Below, piece by piece: positions 1-11,100 of a DNA stretch of 64,000 bases. Every line of letters starts with the position of its first letter. The stretch's first letter is position 1. The stretch is taken from the NCBI RefSeq assembly GCF_037042905.1, contig NC_087263.1:15626001-15690000 (forward strand). Reading direction: 5' to 3'. The stretch comes from Lytechinus pictus. Its lineage: Eukaryota. The notes beneath the pieces were generated by a model that saw only the letters and a program-made list of their open reading frames with translations, was not told where the DNA came from and searched no databases. Made by a program: the position numbers and the translations under genes.

Positions 1-65
1 AAGAAGAAGTAGAAAAAGGAGAAGAAGAAGAAGAAGTAGAAGTAGAAGAAGAAGGAGAAGAGGAA

Positions 66-138
<73 letters not shown>

Positions 139-210
139 GTGATGATGATGGTGATGATGATGAGGATGATGATGAAGATGATGATGATGATGATGATGGT
201 GATGATGGTG

Positions 211-242
<32 letters not shown>

Positions 243-354
243 GATGATGGTGATGATGATGTTGATGATGATGATGATGATGGTGATGATGATGGTGATG
301 ATGATGAGGATGATGATGAAGATGATGATGATGATGATGATGGTGATGATGGTG

Positions 355-408
<54 letters not shown>

Positions 409-448
409 GTGTTGATGATGGTGGTGATGATGATGATGATGGTGGTGG

Positions 449-489
<41 letters not shown>
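1..489. repeat. (GAA)n followed by a long imperfect (GAT)n microsatellite
   Basis: Read directly; it explains the poly-Met ORF 67..504. Confidence 0.97.
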
Positions 490-492
<3 letters not shown>

Positions 493-725
493 AGGAAAGG
501 ATAAATTAGAAGAAGTAAAAAAGAAGACAAAAAGGAAGAAGGAGAAGAAGAGGAAGAAAGAAAAGATGAGGAGGATGAAGGAGAAGAAGGGAAGGAATAA
601 AAATGCTAAGAGGAGGAGGAAGAATAATATACTCAAAGATACTCATGATGATAGTAATAAACCTAATATTTTTTTCAGATGTGTGCACCATAATGTTTGT
701 TATATTCTATATTTATCAATTATAG

Positions 726-872
726 GTATTAACAGCTCAAGAGAGGAATGGGAAGTCCACGATGGCCTTGTTTCTGGAAGGGAATACCAAGCCTCCATGC
801 GATCAGTTATCATCGATGCAGACAACCAGCTAATAGCCAGTGAACCTGTCACATCAGCATTTTTCTTATTAG
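726..872 (+). CDS. FN3-repeat gene exon (3' half of an FN3 domain)
   Basis: tatag acceptor, phase 1. Encodes ...HDGLVSGREYQASMRSV...SEPV, matching the FN3 'L.PG.EY' motif. Ends at a phase-1 AG|gcgagt (GC) donor in frame with the next exon. Confidence 0.7.
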
Positions 873-1401
873 GCGAGTTCGTTATTTTCTTACAGTTCTT
901 TATCTAAGGATTCTTCCTTTGGAGTTGCTCCCCTCTGGAGGATATTTGCATTCATGATAATTTTGGTAGCATTTTTCTTCTGCACCCACTTTCAGCTTTA
1001 CATATTTTTATACTATCAATTGAACTTGCCTAATACTGTATGAATCTCTTGGGACCTCATAACTCTGGGTATCATAAGCCAGATTCAACTTGGAAGCCGT
1101 AAATAATGCATACTTCAATGTTCTTGTCGGTAATATTGATTTCGCCTTGCCAATTGTCAGAATGCCTCCACACACCTTACATTTGGAATAGCACCCAATT
1201 CGGGAACAGCATGTTCCATATGTTTGTACAATATATATATATATATATATATGTGTAAAGTTATACATGTACAACAGCTTTGGCAACTCTTTTATTTAAA
1301 TATTGTAAAGAAATGGATGAAGAGAACAATGGTAGGCGTAGCTTAAATCAAGGTTCCCCAGAGCTATCTACCCTTTGGAAAAATTGGTGATGCCGAAAAA
1401 A

Positions 1402-1473
1402 TGTCTCTGCCGGGAATCGAACCCGGGCCCCCAGCTTTGAACGCCGGTGCCTTAACCACTAGACCACAGAGAC
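1402..1473 (-). tRNA. tRNA-Glu-like gene with TCA (opal) anticodon, copy 1
   Basis: 72-nt cloverleaf GTCTCTG-TG-GTCT AGTGGTTA AGGC-A-CCGGC GTTCAAA GCTGG-GGGC-CCGGG TTCGATT CCCGG-CAGAGAC-A. A and B boxes intact; T6 terminator immediately downstream (1396-1401). Confidence 0.65.
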
Positions 1474-1800
1474 GGGTTAGTGGCTAGGGCGACCCCGATC
1501 CGATTGACCGTCAGATAGACAGATTTTCGACACTATACCAATGATAATTTCCTTTGTCGGGTGAAGGTGGGTTTCGAACAATGACAAGCCGCCATGCTTC
1601 AGCTGGATCAAAGCTATCGCTTTGATACAGTACACGAGAAAGTATACAAATGTGTAAAGTTATACATGTACAACAGCTTTGGCAACTCTTTTATTTAAAT
1701 ATTGTAAAGAAATGGATGAAGAGAACAATGGTAGGCGTAGCTTAAATCAAGGTTCCCCAGAGCTATCTACCCTTTGGAAAAATTGGTGATGCCGAAAAAA

Positions 1801-1872
1801 TGTCTCTGCCGGGAATCGAACCCGGGCCCCCAGCTTTGAACGCCGGTGCCTTAACCACTAGACCACAGAGAC
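1801..1872 (-). tRNA. tRNA-Glu-like gene with TCA (opal) anticodon, copy 2 (identical to copy 1)
   Basis: Same 72-nt sequence, followed by T6 (1795-1800). Confidence 0.65.
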
Positions 1873-2164
1873 GGGTTAGTGGCTAGGGCGACCCCGATCC
1901 GATTGACCGTCAGATAGACAGATTTTCGACACTATACCAATTATACATGTAATTTCCTTTGTCGGGTGAAGGTGGGTTTCGAACAATGACAAGCCGCCAA
2001 GCATGGCCAAGCTACGCCTACCATTGTTCTCTTCATCCATTTCTTTACAATATTGTCCCTGAGCCCCGACCAGTCAGATATTTTTGAAAAAAAATTATTT
2101 AATTCACAAAGACTACACACTGCCTGACAGGTTACGGTTTCATCCCTACAAATTTATTTCATCA

Positions 2165-2453
2165 ATAATAATAATAATACAGGTATATTTACCCAGGGAA
2201 GCCGCTTCAGTTCCGAAAACTGTTCTCCCAGCGGGCCCTGCTATTATTACCCTGGCTTTAGCTGGGCTGCCTAGGCGCTCAAAGCATTCAAGGAATTTCT
2301 TCCTACCGGGTACCCATTCATCTCACCTGGGTTGAGTGCAGCACAGTGTGGATAAATTTCTTGCTGAAGGAAATTACGCCATGGCTGGGATTCGAACCCA
2401 CGACCCTCTGTTTCAAAGTCCGAAGACTAATCCACTGGGCCACAACGCTCCAC
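2165..2453 (-). mobile_element. tRNA-derived SINE
   Basis: tRNA-like head (GTGGCCCAGTGG...GGTTCGAATCCC), conserved body CAGCAAGAAATTTATCCAC...GCACTCAACCCAGGTG, (TAT)n tail; same family at 14000, 42966 and 52980. Confidence 0.88.
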
Positions 2454-2650
2454 GTGTGATGCATGTGTGATGAAAATAATGATTATCAGTGGTATTTAAG
2501 GAGCACTTTTCATGCTTGTACTGCAGCCTTCTACATCTAAAAGATCCATTATTAAATGACAATAGGTTAATCAACATGAACAAAAAAAATCATTCAAGAA
2601 ATGTGTTGACGTGTATATGACTTTTATGTTTTGCTTTTACTATTTTGCAG

Positions 2651-2911
2651 TTCCCCTGCCGCCAAATAACCTGGAAGTGGTTGAGGAGACTCCGTTGACA
2701 GTAACCTTCAGCTGGGGTCTAGAAGACACTCAACTGGACAACTTTGTCATCTTTTACATGCTGAACGGCGAGAGTGTCAACGTGACGGTTAACTCCGGGC
2801 TGAGGAGTTACACACTGATGAATCTGCAGCCTGATACAATGTACGACTTCAGTATGGTGACAGTCAGCGGGGATAAAGAAAGTGTCTCTGTTCCTGCACG
2901 TGGAGCAACAG
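2651..2911 (+). CDS. FN3-repeat gene exon (complete FN3 domain)
   Basis: tttgcag acceptor and gttcgt donor, phase 1-1. PLPPNNLEVVEETPLTVTFSW...YTLMNLQPDTMYDFSMVTV. Confidence 0.9.
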
Positions 2912-2924
2912 GTTCGTCACAAGC

Positions 2925-3182
2925 TATTTTTTTCTAGTCATTCTTGTCCTTATATAACCCCACTACTGTCAATTAGTGCCACCAAAGCTGGCTTTTCATT
3001 TCTTAGTCATTCTTGGTCTTGTCCTTATCCCCACTACTGTCAATTAGTGCCACCAAAGCTGGCTTTTTATTTCTTAGTCATTCTTGGTCTTGTCCTTATC
3101 CCCACTACTGTCAATTAGTGCCACCAAAGCTGGATTTTCATTTCTTAGTCATTTGTGTCCTTATCCCCTCTACTGTCAATTC
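2925..3182. repeat. 71-bp minisatellite (~4 copies)
   Basis: cactactgtcaattagtgccaccaaagctgg at 2961, 3032 and 3103, and partly at ~3168; the unit resumes at 3624 after an insertion. Confidence 0.9.
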
Positions 3183-3623
3183 CGCATACATTCGTAATTC
3201 CGAAGCTTCGTTATTTCGAAGCTTCGTATTTCTGAAGGTTCGTAATTCTTAAGGTTCGTTAGTCCGAAAACGGAATGAGGTTCGTAATTCCGAAGGTCCG
3301 TTAGTCCGAAAATGAAATGATTAACGAACCTAAATTCGTTTTCGAGTAACAAACCTTCGGAACAACGAACCTTATTTCGTTTTCGGATTAACGAACCTTC
3401 GGAACAACGAACCTTATTTCGTTTTCGGATTAACGAACCTTTGGAACATCGAACCTTATTTCGTTTTCGGATTATCGAACCTTCGGAATAGCGAACCTTC
3501 GGAATAACGCCACAAATGTTCGGATTAATGAACCCTTTTACGCTTTCGGATGAACAAACATCGAGGTATAGGCAATTTACGTGTTTCGGAATTATGAACC
3601 TTCGGAATTACGAATTGTAATCG
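3183..3623. mobile_element. Fold-back non-autonomous DNA element with internal (ttcggaa/cgaacc) repeats
   Basis: Inverted ends (cattcgtaattccgaag / cttcggaattacgaat); TCAATTC duplicated at 3176-3182 and 3624-3630. Confidence 0.75.
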
Positions 3624-4211
3624 TCAATTCGTGCTGCCAAAGCTGGCTTGCTTCTGTTGATCAGGCATGACAGCTCAGTGGTAGAGTGCCCGCCTCAAAT
3701 ATTTTCTAGAAATGATGTATATATTCATACATTCACTGTTTTGTTCACAATTCAGTATGCTTGTCTTTATTTTCAAAGAACATTGAGTAAATTTCCTAAA
3801 GAAAAATTATGACATTGGTGGATTTCTATATACTTGAGATTGATCAGATCAATTGTAACTCTTTGTAAGACGGAGCCCTGATTATTTACATTCTGCCCAA
3901 CTTGGCAAAAGGAAGCAAGTGACACCTCAGTCAAATTTGAGTTTCTGTTATTTATGAAACACCCTTTGTATGTTGCTAGTTCAGGCAAAATTTGGGGAAG
4001 AAATGATCGTTCTGTGGAAAGATATTGAAGAAATTATGCTGTTAAATTCCATTGATGCCTATAAAATGATGAACACACATTGCTCATTTACAACAATTTG
4101 CTTCCTGTAACTTGCTTTCTTTTGCCAGAGTACGGCAGCATTTAGTTCACACTGACCCCCTAACTTAGATGCATTTTAAAGTTACTTTTCATTCTTCTAC
4201 ATCCTGAACAG

Positions 4212-4457
4212 TTGCCCTGCCACCGAACACCATCCTAGCTGTGGAAACGACAGCCACAACCATCAATCTATGGTTTTCCCCCATTGTCGGCCCGACCGGT
4301 GCATACGTCGTCGAGGTTGAAGGGGTGGATGGTCCAAACACGATTATCCAACCCGACGAGCTGCTGAACATTCAGCTTACTGGCTTGTCGTCGAGTACTG
4401 TGTATGAGATCCAGGTCAATAGGATGACACAGAATTATCGTCAGTCTGTCCGGACAA
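4212..4457 (+). CDS. FN3-repeat gene exon
   Basis: aacag acceptor and gtaagc donor, phase 1-1. ALPPNTILAVETTATTINLWF...LTGLSSSTVYEIQV. Confidence 0.88.
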
Positions 4458-4739
4458 GTAAGCCTAGTCTTATTTTGTATTGATGTGGTTTACAAGTGAA
4501 GTGGTTAAAGGATTTCTTTTTTTTTCCTGTTCTTTTTCTTGTGCTTCTTGATCTTCTCTTTGTTTGTCTTCTCCTTTTTTTTGTTACCTCTTCTATATAG
4601 GTGTTTTTTTTACTTTCTGTTCTTTTTCTGTTCTCTTTCTTTTTCCCCCTTTTTTTTCTTTGTTTCATCCTTTCCTTTTCTTCTTATTGCACTTTTGTAT
4701 TACTATCATTTTGATGTGGAAGAGGTTCATCGTGGTGAA

Positions 4740-5540
4740 GGATTGAGTAGAAGAAATTAACCAGTTGTCTCACGATGTAGCAAACGTAGTGTGAAAGCGA
4801 CGTTTCGTCTGCAAGCTGCTAGACTTCGTCAGGCAATGAGCAAAGACGCTGCTGCGCACGGGTTATATAGCGTCGGGAGTTATTGTCTGGCTCCACTCGG
4901 GCGTGAGCCGCGCTGTGATTGGCCGAAGCCGCTGGCCAATCAGGGTCCGCACTGGTGCTTGGTGCCCGCTGGAGCGTGCACCGTGCGCTGTGATTGGCCG
5001 ATGCGGCCGGCCAATCAGCATCTGCGCTGGTGTCAGGCACCTGCTGGTGCGGGCGCCGTGCGCTCTGAACGGTGGATGCAGTATGCCGTCGGATGGCCGG
5101 TAACCATGCATCAGGGATCTCAATGCCGCTGTCCCTATTGATATTGCTCGGGTGCAAACGGATCTGAATCGCTTCCTTAACGCGCCGCGTATACCAATGC
5201 TTATCATGAGCAACGCAGCTGACCTCATCCCAGTTAGGTGGATGATCGGAGTCCCAAGCATGTTCTGCAACAGCAGAGCTATCAGTGCGCCTAAGCCGAA
5301 CATCACGGCGATGTTCCTTCATGCGTTCCCCCACAGGTCTACCAGTCTCACCGATGTAGACTTTGTCGCAAGTCGAGCATGGGATCTTATAAACAACCCC
5401 ATCGCGTCTGTCGGGGATCGGGCGGTCTTTCGGACGGACCAGCTGGCTGCGGATGCTGTCGGACTTGAATATAACTCGGATGCCATGCTTCTCCAAGCGC
5501 CGGCGGAGAAGATGCGCGATACCATCAACAAATGGGATTA
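4740..5540 (-). mobile_element. 5'-truncated Penelope-like retroelement (GIY-YIG endonuclease plus 3' end)
   Basis: ORF 4819..5496: GVVYKIPCSTCDKVYIGETGR...KEHRR...SAVAEHAW...KEAIQIR...NINRDSG, a typical PLE GIY-YIG domain. Confidence 0.93.
4797..4836 (-). ncRNA. Minimal hammerhead ribozyme motif in the PLE 3' region
   Basis: Minus strand reads CTGACGA-AGTCT agcagcttgc AGAC-GAAAC-GTC: core boxes, stem II and a GUC cleavage triplet; stem I is weak. Confidence 0.65.
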
Positions 5541-6466
5541 CTATAGCGGATTTACTATCATTTTATTATACTCGGTAGTAGCATGATTATTATTGATAGT
5601 ATTTTAATCATTATTTTTATTGAAATTATTGTTTATGTTTTCTTTATTTACTTTTACTGTTAACATTCATTGCTTTAAATCATTACTCTTTCTGTAATCT
5701 GTATGCATATCTATTCTATACACTCACACAAAAAGGGTTTCTATGCTCTTGGTTTTCATTTATCCAATTATCCTATTTATACTTCCCAGACAGTAAAGAA
5801 TGACTTGAAAGTCAAAAGAACTGATTCATTGAACATCTATCGTTAGATATTTATGTCACAATTGGCTATCCATAGTTAAACCACAACTTTAGACCAGAGT
5901 TCCAACACCAAAACCAGACACTTTATTATTATTTTATTGGACGTTGCTGAGTGGGAGTCAAGCTTAATTTTGGAAGCACCTTGTAAGTTGATTTAACCTG
6001 ATCAATACCAATTTTGAGACGATACTGTCTCTTCATATACATTTAAGAGTGATTGACAACGTTTAGGAGCAATTTTGAATCATGGCTAACAATAAAACTA
6101 AGTCTCGAAACCAAAGTGAGGCCTTAGAAGAAGTCATCGAAGTTGCAGCCGAGTCCTCGTCCGAAGATCCCTCGTCCGAAGATCCCCCGTACCGACTGCT
6201 GACACATAGAGGCTTATTGCCAAATGAAATTGCTGGTCAACGAACCGTAAAAGAGCGCTCAAATTCAAATTCTACCGCCGATATCAGAACAATGATCGCC
6301 GATGAAGTAAGGAATGCTTTGATTTCTGAACCCGTTCTAAACACGATTGTTGATGCCATCTACAATAGAATCTACTAAAAGCTTGCCGACGAGCTTCATG
6401 CTTCCTTCCAACTGGAACTCAGAAGAACAGAGCAATGCATGGATGCCCTTGCAACGACCTCTGACC

Positions 6467-8187
6467 CATACCTGCCAACCTTTGATAATAAAAAATCAGT
6501 ATCAAAACTACGAAGGCGCCGAGCGGGTGTCTGGCCCGCTCCAACGGTAGGGACTCTTTGCATTTTCAGCATGTAAAAGTAGCATTTCCCTACAATTTTT
6601 AAAGCAAATTTACCCTCATTACCACACCAGAGGATGACCTACATGTAGAGTAGACTTTAATTTATCAATTAAAAATTTTAAAAGGGTCTTTAAAATATCA
6701 CTTTTGTGACAAAAACCCACCCAGTTTCATTCAGGTGTGATTTGTTTTCATTTAAATCTGTAAGAAATAACTTTTTTTGTTCACCAGAGCTCTCAACATT
6801 TTTAATTTTAGCATATTTTTGTGAGGCCCTCTATTGGTGGAAAGTGAGATTGATGCAGATACAGATTCTCTTTTTAATTACAAAAAAAATTATTTCAAGA
6901 ATTCAATTGAATTTTGGGCCAGGGCATATTTTTTATGATGAATTTAGATTTAAGTTAGCCCTACTTTATTAAAAACTGACGTGCCAAAAAATCAAACATC
7001 TATTTATCTAGCCTACAATACATCATCATAATGCAATCATGCATCAAGGACAAGGGGAAATAAGCCAAACATTGACAATCTTATTCATGTTATTTCACCA
7101 CACAGGGGTTACTGACAAGGTTATATCATGGAGGTATTAACCCGAGAATAGCTCTATGGTTATATCATAACCTACAATGGATAAGTGTTTGTTGGTATAA
7201 GAAAGCAGATTTTCAACCATGACAAAAACGGAGCCGAAACTAACGGCTGCATTCGCCCGGCCCGCACCCACCACAGCACGTTGCAGTGCGCCGGCGAGGC
7301 TGAGGCGCAGCAACTCGGCGGGCGCCGGGAGTTTAGGCAAGCGAAGCAAGTAGATTTGGTGTTCGACTCCGAAGGCTCAATTGAGATCAAAAGTTGAAAA
7401 TCTCCTTTCTTCCTAAAAAATTTGACAAATATTCGAAAAAATAAAGTACAGATCAATGTTAAAATTGCGTAGGGATAGATCTAGTAAAAGTTAGAGTAAC
7501 TGCGTCGGTGTGCAGCCGTTAAATCAGCGCAGCCCGACTCGGCAATATACCACTGAAATCGAATCACCAACACACTCTAGACATGTACACTACACATTCT
7601 CTAACTCTCCCACACGTACACTACAAAATCATCCGGCGACATGGGCAATACCTCAAATAAAAAGTGATTTTTTTCTTACCTAAATCACCATATTTCGCAT
7701 CAAAAATATCGCCATCGGTGATTCTTAACATCGTAGTTAGAAAACAAGGGGTCTAAAAAAGTGAAATTTTCACGGTTTTTCTGATGTTCGTGGATTGTAA
7801 AAACATGTCCTCACTAAAAACTGGCACTTTCGCTAGCCGATGTCAGCCGCCATTTTTTTTCCGGAAGTCAACGCTAACATCGGCTCTAAGTGCGGCCGTT
7901 GCGTGTACGCTCGTTATTTTCACATGCATTTGCAATGGAACTGCACACTTAACAGTGTTTGTGCGCCGTTTACTGTGTATTTGCGTAGCCGTGCGCTCCT
8001 GTCGTTTATGCGTTAGTCACATCTTACAGCCGTGCATGCGTTAGTCGCATCATACAGCCGTTTCAATAATTTCAGCACTAAATTGATTAACCCAAAAATC
8101 GGAATTTTGGTTTTAAAATTCGGAATTCGGAATGGAGGTCGAAAAATCGGTATAATTCCGCCAAAATCGGAATGGTTGGCAGGTATG
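6467..8187. mobile_element. Non-autonomous hAT-like DNA transposon with 6-bp TSD, inside LINE ORF1
   Basis: TIR CATACCTGCCAACC / GGTTGGCAGGTATG; TSD CTGACC (6461-6466, 8188-8193). Removing the element restores the ORF1 frame ATTSDLLGKKIKELQ. Confidence 0.88.
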
Positions 8188-11100
8188 CTGACCTCCTTGG
8201 TAAGAAGATCAAAGAACTTCAATCGTCCGTCAAAGAGCAGAAGCAATACTCACGTCGCCAGTGCCTTCGAATCTACAGGCTGCCAGAGAACCGCAACGAA
8301 GACACCGACGACCTCGTTATTGCACTAGCTGGAAAGATGAACATCACAATTGGAAAGCAGGACATCAATCGGAGTCATCGAATTCATCTGAGACGTGAGA
8401 GTCAACGACAAGCTTCATCGTCTCAACCGATTCGCTGATTCGTTGATCGTCAAGTTTTCACGCTACAATGCTCGGCTATTGATGTACAGAGCGAAGTCGC
8501 GACTTAAAGGCACCGGCATTGTCATCAGAGAAGACCTTACGGCGACTCGGCAGGTCTTGTTCTCTAGAGCACCCCTCACCAGAATACGAAGTTTACATGG
8601 AGTATCGATGGCAGGATCTTTACTGTGACGAGGGATGGTCGTAAGGTCCCTGTGAGGAATAATTCTGATATCGAACGTTTGGAATAACGTTAATCATTAC
8701 GTTAATTCTCAATTAAGTTTAATTCATTATAATGCAAGGAGTCTAAGGAAGAATTTTGATAATAATCATAGCGATTTAACACTATTGAAATACTCTTTTA
8801 CCCTTATTGGAATCTCTGAAACATGGATGGGAGATAATAATTGTTTGTTCTCTTTAGGTGGTTATTCTATGTATAGTTCTAATCATCAGTCTGGTCGTGG
8901 CGGTGGTGTTGCATTTTTTATTCAAGATCACCTGAACGTTTCTATATAAATTATGCAACATTTGATATCCAGGGAGTTGAGTCATTATTCATTAGTATAC
9001 ATATTCAAAACAACAAAAATATTATAATTGGAGTCATTTATCGTAACCCATCTAGTAATGTTTCTGATTTTATAAGATAACTTGATAGTATTGTGGACAC
9101 AATTTGTAAACAGTCTAAATACAGTTATATTATTGGAGATCTGAATGTCAATTTACTTAACTACGATACCCAGCCTTCTGTTCAAGGTCTTGTTGATTCT
9201 TTTAGTTCATATGGCCTATTTCCAATAATTGATAGGCCTACTCGTGTTACAAGAGAGTGCGACCCTTATTGACAACATATTTACCAATGTTATTAATAAA
9301 AATATTTCCTCTGGGATACTTTTATCAGATGTCAGTGACCATTTTCCCATTTTTCATATAGCAGAATTTAACATTCCAATAAAAAGAAATATAAGTTTCA
9401 CAGTTTTGCATCGTGATATAACTCCTTTGGCTTTAGCTTCTTTTTTTAATGACCTAAAAGATCACGACTGGAAAGAAGTGCTGAATTCGAATGATGTTGA
9501 TATTGCATACGATATTTTTTTACATGATTGTCAATATTATTGTGATAAACACATGCCTCTGAAAGAGCGATCCCCAGTTAATATGCGAATTAAAAAACCG
9601 TGGATCACACGAGCTCTTTTTAATTCCATCAGAAGAAAAAATATTCTTTATAAACGATTTCATTCGAAGCCAACACTTGTGAATGAAGACATATATAAGA
9701 AATATCGTAATAAATTACATACACTTATAAGTTTTGCAAAACAAACAAATTTGAAAAAAAGGTAATCTGAAGAAAACATGGACGTTTTTGAATGAAATTC
9801 TAGGTAGAAACAAACCGTCTATAATCAATGGAATTATACATCATGATGTAAAGATAGAAAATCCATTTGATGTGGCAAATGTATTCAATGACTCTTTTGT
9901 TACCATAGGGGAAAATCTCACTCGGTCTGTACCGAATTCTAATTCAATATTCTCTGATTTCATGCCTAAAATATTTGATAAATCTTGGTTTTTTAATCCG
10001 ATTACTGAACATGAAGTTGCTAATATAAAGAAAATCAGCCCTAGAAAGAGCCCTGGATACGATACTTTGTCAATTGATATTATTAAACCTGCTGTGTGTT
10101 TCATTACTCAACCATTGACTCACATATGCAATTTATCTATTCAAACCGGTGTTTTTCCTTATAAAATGAAGTAAGCAAAAGTTGTGCCTGTATATAAAAA
10201 AGGAGATAAATTTGATTGTAATAATTATTGACCGATATCTGTTTTGCCATTGTTTTCGAAAGTTCTTGAAAGACTAGTATATAATAGGTTGTACAATTTT
10301 TTGATGTCCAATAATTTACTCAATCCCAATCAATATGGTTTTATGAAAGACTGTTCTACCGAGTTTGCATTAATTGAACTAACTGATTTAATTTTGAATT
10401 ATATTAATAAAAACAAGCATGCAATCGTTATTTTTATGGATTTATCAAAAGCGTTTGATACTTTGTCACACTCTATCTTGCTGTCTAAGCCTTCTTTTTA
10501 TGAAAAAATTAGAGGCTTGCCTCATGCCTGGTTCTGTAGTTGTTTAAAAAATAGGAAACAATTTACCATGTACAATGGCCAATCATCAAATTCCAAAATC
10601 ATTTATTCAGGTGTTCCCCAAGGAAGTATTTTAGGCCCCCTTTTATTCTTAATTTACATAAATTATGTAGTCAACTGTTCAAACTTCTTTAAATTTGTAC
10701 AATTTGCAGATGATACCTCATTGATTGCCTCTCATATAAACTTTCAATCTTTAATCCACACGATCAATATAGATCTTAATTTTGTTTATGACTGGCTTGT
10801 TTGTAATAAATTGTCATTGAATATTTTGAAAACAAAATTTGTGATTTTCAGAAATAAGCAAAATAAAAGATTAGACTACTCTAGTGTCAAATTGTTTCTG
10901 AACAGGTCCAAATAGAACAATGTTCTACTTTCACATACCTGGGCGTACAATTAGATGAGTTTCTTACATGTACATGTGATTCTCACATTAATACAACAAG
11001 TACGAAAATATGTACTGGTATTATGAATAATGTTAAGCATATATTACCACTCAAACTTTAAGTACAATGTATAATGCCTTTATATTACCTCATGTTTTGT

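Larger units (their letters stand above)
1252..2054. mobile_element. Tandem 399-bp tRNA-bearing unit (~1.9 copies) beside a (TA)n tract, ending in a 46-bp inverted copy; unclassified element
   Basis: 1252-1650 is repeated at 1651-~1999 almost identically; 2009-2054 is the reverse complement of 1299-1344; (TA)n at 1231-1252. Confidence 0.75.

Noticed and set aside
67..504. 145-aa poly-Met ORF
   Set aside because: Translation of a (GAT)n microsatellite in an intron; no splice or domain evidence.
1008..1286. Cys-rich 92-aa minus-strand ORF
   Set aside because: Starts inside the repeat and crosses the (TA)n tract; no recognisable domain or splice support.
1402..1473. Selenocysteine tRNA
   Set aside because: The anticodon is TCA, but it lacks the long variable arm, 9/4 acceptor-T fold and 6-bp D stem of tRNA-Sec.
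1570..1605. Possible hammerhead in the 399-bp unit (minus strand CTGAAGC...CGAAAC)
   Set aside because: The core deviates from CUGANGA and no convincing stem I/III or NUH site could be built by eye.
2380..2453. tRNA genes at SINE heads (also 14000, 42966, 53100)
   Set aside because: Acceptor and anticodon stems are unpaired, and they run directly into a SINE body without a terminator.
4791..5586. Several overlapping ORFs around the Penelope fragment
   Set aside because: Alternative-frame or antisense shadows of the GC-rich GIY-YIG ORF.
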